A program made the position numbers and the translations under genes. Under the pieces are notes generated by a model, which was not told the origin of the DNA, did not search any database, and saw only the letters and a list, made by a program, of their open reading frames with translations. A stretch of DNA of 64,000 nt from Geosiphon pyriformis uo1 (lineage: Eukaryota; Fungi; Glomeromycota): NCBI GenBank assembly GCA_016748015.1, contig JAAOMT010000660.1, positions 186,001 to 250,000 of the forward strand, in the 5' to 3' direction. Shown one piece after another: positions 59,921 to 64,000 of this stretch (position 1 is the stretch's first letter; each line of letters begins with the position of its first letter).

Positions 59921-60465
59921 ATGGACCTTTCAGATCAAATTTTAAAATTATTTAAACAATTATTTGAAACAATTCAAAAATTGACATCTCAAATAGAAAT
60001 AACAATTGATAAAAAAAAAATACAGTACAAAGATAAAAGCAGGAGAGGGGAGGATGAGAGTTTAATTAGAACTAAACATTTCTTCCCCTATCCATCACCC
60101 AAAAGACAATGTTGAAGGAAAAATTGCCTTTGGGCAGGAGGTGAAAAAGAAGAAGACAAAGAACAAGAAAAAGGTTACAAAAGAAGATACTTGGTCTCCA
60201 AGCTCGAAAAAATAAAAAAAGCTTTAGCTTGTAAGACCGAACTCCTCAAAACAGATAAGTGGACACCTGACAATACCCAGAAATGAAAAGAAAGACTTCC
60301 TTCAGCTTATTGGTTCTACAAAATTGGAGAACAGCTTGACTTGAAAACACCATATGAAGACCTTAGGCAGAAAACATTTAACAAAGAAGCAATACAACAA
60401 GTAGAAAAATTTGTAAAGAAAAACAACCTAACCCTATATTACAAAGAAGCATACATACTATACGC
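59921..60465 (+). pseudogene. Unknown ORF3 downstream of integrase (env position), truncated by insertion
   Basis: MDLSDQILKLFKQLFETIQ...EITIDKKKIQYKDK; homologue at ~44867-45504 in element A'. Confidence 0.65.
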
Positions 60466-61442
60466 TGTTATCAGACAAAATTAGAGATATTATATAGCAT
60501 AAAATTATCTTATAAATTCTATCATTAATTAGCATATATTATCATTTCAAATTATCACTTAATATATTAGCAAAATGTCCAAAATTATCATTTAATTAAT
60601 AACCCAATTTGTATATAACACAAATGTAACCTAATTGCAATGATCAATTATGTAATACCCCGAACTATGTAACATTCAAAAAGTTCACCAAAATTTGAAG
60701 AAATTTGCCGAAATAATTGATAATTTACCAAAATATCTAATAGTTCGCAGAAATAACTTGTAGTTTGCCGAAATGTATCTTTAGTTCAGTGAAATTGTAG
60801 AAAAGATCAAAGTTCAAGTTTATAGAATAGTGTTACAACAAGTTGTATAAAAGAAAAGCTTCTCTTTTTGAGAAAATGTATTTTACTTTAGATTTATCAC
60901 TTAGAATCATTCCTACACACACAAAAGAGAAATAAATATCAAACAAATTCAAAAAACCAAATTCTTTAATTATTGCACTTGAAAAATTCTCAAAACCCAA
61001 CCAACATTCTGAAATTGATTAGCTACCAATTTCAATAAACTGTTAGTAACTCTAGGCCTGGATCGAAAACATTTCTCTTGACAGAATTCTATTTCTTTTA
61101 CATTTTTTTTATTTTCTTTTTATTTTCTTATTATAATCATTAAGATAGCCTACAGACGAGATTTCTGTAGAAGAGTTGACTTTTACAGCAAAGTAACTAC
61201 ACATTTTAGTGAGCTTCCAGATGAGCAATTCTTGAGAAAGAGTTGACATTTACTACAATGTAACTATACAAAGTAACTGGCATGAAATTGCCCATTCCAC
61301 TTATAAGCCCAGCAATTCAAATTATAGGAGATAATTTGAAGATAAATTCAGTACTGAAGATTCAACCACATCCAGAAAATGTGAATTCACAGCAAACAAG
61401 CATCGACAATATTTAAGAAGAGACCAAAAACCTCCAGTAACA
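60466..61442 (+). repeat. 5' LTR of element B (977 bp)
   Basis: TGTTA...TAACA; collinear with the solo LTR at 38984-39963. Confidence 0.93.
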
Positions 61443-64000
61443 ATTGGTGCTCTCCCACAGAAATAACACAACAACAACAAAAATTCAAAATAGCGACCAC
61501 ACCAGATGCAACAACTCTAGAGTATTACCAGTCAATTTACACCCACTGCAAGCAAAGGTTCAACATTCCAGACGGAATTGAAGTTGTCAAGAAATCAGTA
61601 TACCAATACATTGAAAACCACATCAACAATTATCTTTTTGGAAATTACAATATCTCAGAAATTAGAAGCAACCTTTACAATAATTTAGTACACTATTCAC
61701 AATTGGAAACTAAAGATCTTAACAGTGAAACACTTGCCACTTACTTTCATAAACTTAATTTTAACATTATCAAATACTGTGAAGAAACATATCCAGTGCA
61801 GTCTCAATATTCTATTGATTTTGAATTGGAAACAGAAACAAGCAACAAAGGCAAAAACAAATTGAAGCAATACTCAAATACCACCCCAAATACTCCAACA
61901 CTACCAAAAACAACTGCCAAATATTTACAAACACCTGAACAAGGAACCAGTTCAAAACTTCCACTTACTATCACACCTTTTCCAGCTTCACTTGTACAAG
62001 CACAAACATCTAATTCACCCTTGAATCAATTTGCAAGACCAGAAAATTTTACATCACTCAGAAGTCCCACCAGACAACAAGAATCTCTTCAAACTAGTTC
62101 CAATCTCCTTGACTTTCTAGCTAAAAATCAAAGTGAACACTCTGAGACAGCAGCGAACAAAGAAAACAAACCAGAAATATCTAAAGAAGAATCAATAGAC
62201 AACAAAAACAAAGAAGACGAAATGACAACATATATCGCAAAAATCCCTGAATTTAATGGAGAAGACATTGAGACCAGTCCCCAAGAATGGCTCAACCAAA
62301 TTACTAAAGTGGGAGATGCAAATAGATGAAATGCTGCCAGAATGTTAAGAACAATTCCCTACTTTCTTAAAGGAACAACAGGAGAATGGTTTGAAAACTT
62401 GGCCACCTCATTCAATGATTAGAACGCTTTCAAAGCAGCCTTCCTTGAACAGTTCACCGACAATAATACCTCTATCACCCTTTGCAATTGTTTTCGAAAT
62501 ATCAAACAAGAACCCTCTGAATCTGTTATAACTTATATTGGAAAATTCAACAAACTTCTCAGACAAATTTGCCAACTCAAGACAAATGATTATTATTTCA
62601 ATGCTCAAATCTTAGATCAATTTATCACTGGTCTAAAAGATAAATTAATTAAAAAGGTTTGCTTACATGCATCAGAAGATTTAAACTCTGCCATAGAGCA
62701 TGTGAAAAGATACGAAATGGCCATGGAAAAGGCCAATTACACAAAACTTGTAAATTTGGCAATTAGAGAAACCAGCTCAGCAGCTGAGAAAAAAATTGAC
62801 CAACTGACAAAGAAGGTTGAAAACTATTTTACCAATCAACAACAACAGCAACCCCAAAGATATCAACCACCCCAAAGACGAAATCAAAATAACTTTACAC
62901 CACTTTCCAATAAGCAGCCTCAGAATTGCCATTACTGTAGAATCTCTGGCCACTGGAAACGAGATTGCAGAAAGCTACAATGAGACCAACAAAATAGAAG
63001 TAATCAATGTTATTCTCCACTACAGCAATCTTATTATCAACCACCACCACCAGCTTACTATCTACCAAGATTCCAATACCAAAATAACTATTATCAGCCT
63101 GCCCCACAGCCAATCCAACAGCAATACCAACAACCACCCACACAACATTATCAAGTATCTGCTCGAAAACTGATTACACAAAATCAATTCACACCACAAA
63201 ACCAATACCAAGTAAACAACAATAGAATCAGTTTGAACAACCAATTGGTTCTCCAAAATTCCACTCAACCAAGACCCAATCACTACGACACTCAATTCAG
63301 TTATTAAACAATGCTAGAAGAACAAGATTTTTACCATACTGCACTCTTGGAAGGTAGAGCTGCAGCACAACAACAAAACTCTTTCTATACTCTCACCACA
63401 ATCCCACCAGCCAGAATTGCTGAAAACGCTAACCTTTTAGATATATTTCTTTTTGAGTTCAAAGCAAATAAGTTACTATTCCTGCTTAGCAATGCAGCTA
63501 CCAATAAACAAAAAGCAATCACAGCTATGTACACTGAAGCAGAAGTTGAAGGAAAAACAATTCGCTTGATCCTAAACAGTGGATCCACCGGAAGCATTAT
63601 CACCTACCAGTTAATACAACAGTTGAAGAGAAATGTCGACCGACCAGCTCAAACAGTAATCGTCACTGCCAATGACATGAAAAAGACCCCAGTAGGAGAA
63701 ATTGACAATTTTCTGTTCACTCTTGATAGAATCACCATTCCAGTCAAAGTTCTTGTAATAGACGCACCCCAGTACCAAGCTCTCGTCGGAAATGATTGAC
63801 TTCAAAAAGCCAATGCTAATTTGAATTGGGAAACACAAGAGTTAACAATCTCCTACCAAGAACAACATGCCCAGGTACCTGCCACTTATAGTACATTCAA
63901 CAAATGCTCTGAAAAAGCCCCGGCTTTTGAATTTGAACTGGAAGAGAAAAAACCCCTCATTGAAACATTCATGGCTCTTGGATCAACATCCAACTGGGCC
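60466..64000 (+). mobile_element. Ty3/Gypsy element family B: 5' LTR, PBS, gag, protease; runs off the window
   Basis: LTR 60466-61442, PBS TGGTGCTCTC at 61445, gag from ~61490 (IPEFNGED...PQEWL; CHYCRISGHWKRDC), protease LILNSGSTGSII...ALVGND at ~63520-63900. Confidence 0.93.

Larger units (their letters stand above)
51655..60465 (+). mobile_element. Ty3/Gypsy LTR retrotransposon family A, least decayed pol in the window; cut in ORF3 by element B
   Basis: LTR, PBS, gag, PR, Cys block, dUTPase, RT, RNase H and IN all readable through scattered stops. Confidence 0.95.

Overview
Intron-rich, AT-rich fungal DNA. Gene style and TE families suggest Glomeromycotina/Mucoromycota, possibly Geosiphon-like (inference). 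The window has two sharply separated compartments. (1) About 1.4-24.5 kb is a compact island of 8 housekeeping genes: a Ppk16/CAMKL-like kinase, 6-phosphofructokinase, an F-box/LRR protein, TIM22, a TPT/Sly41-like transporter, saccharopine dehydrogenase LYS9, mitochondrial enoyl-ACP reductase ETR1/MECR and TFIIF-alpha TFG1. (2) About 24.7-64 kb is a nest of decayed retroelements: two long APE-RT-RNaseH LINEs plus a LINE 3' remnant, three Ty3/Gypsy elements of related families (called A', A and B here) and several solo or partial LTRs, all riddled with C>T/G>A changes. The most unusual signal is the Gypsy architecture, shared by two independent families: gag (extra N-terminal domain) - protease - triple Cys zinc-finger block - dUTPase - second dUTPase-like fold - RT - RNase H - STOP - separate integrase ORF - unknown ORF3 at the env position. 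The LTRs start TGTTR, make 4-bp target duplications centred on CA/TG/CG, and carry a U5 segment complementary to the primer-binding site (a tRNA-3'-end mimic). The LINE 3' UTRs share a 34-nt hairpin with covarying sequence. Coordinates were read by eye; no database search was run.
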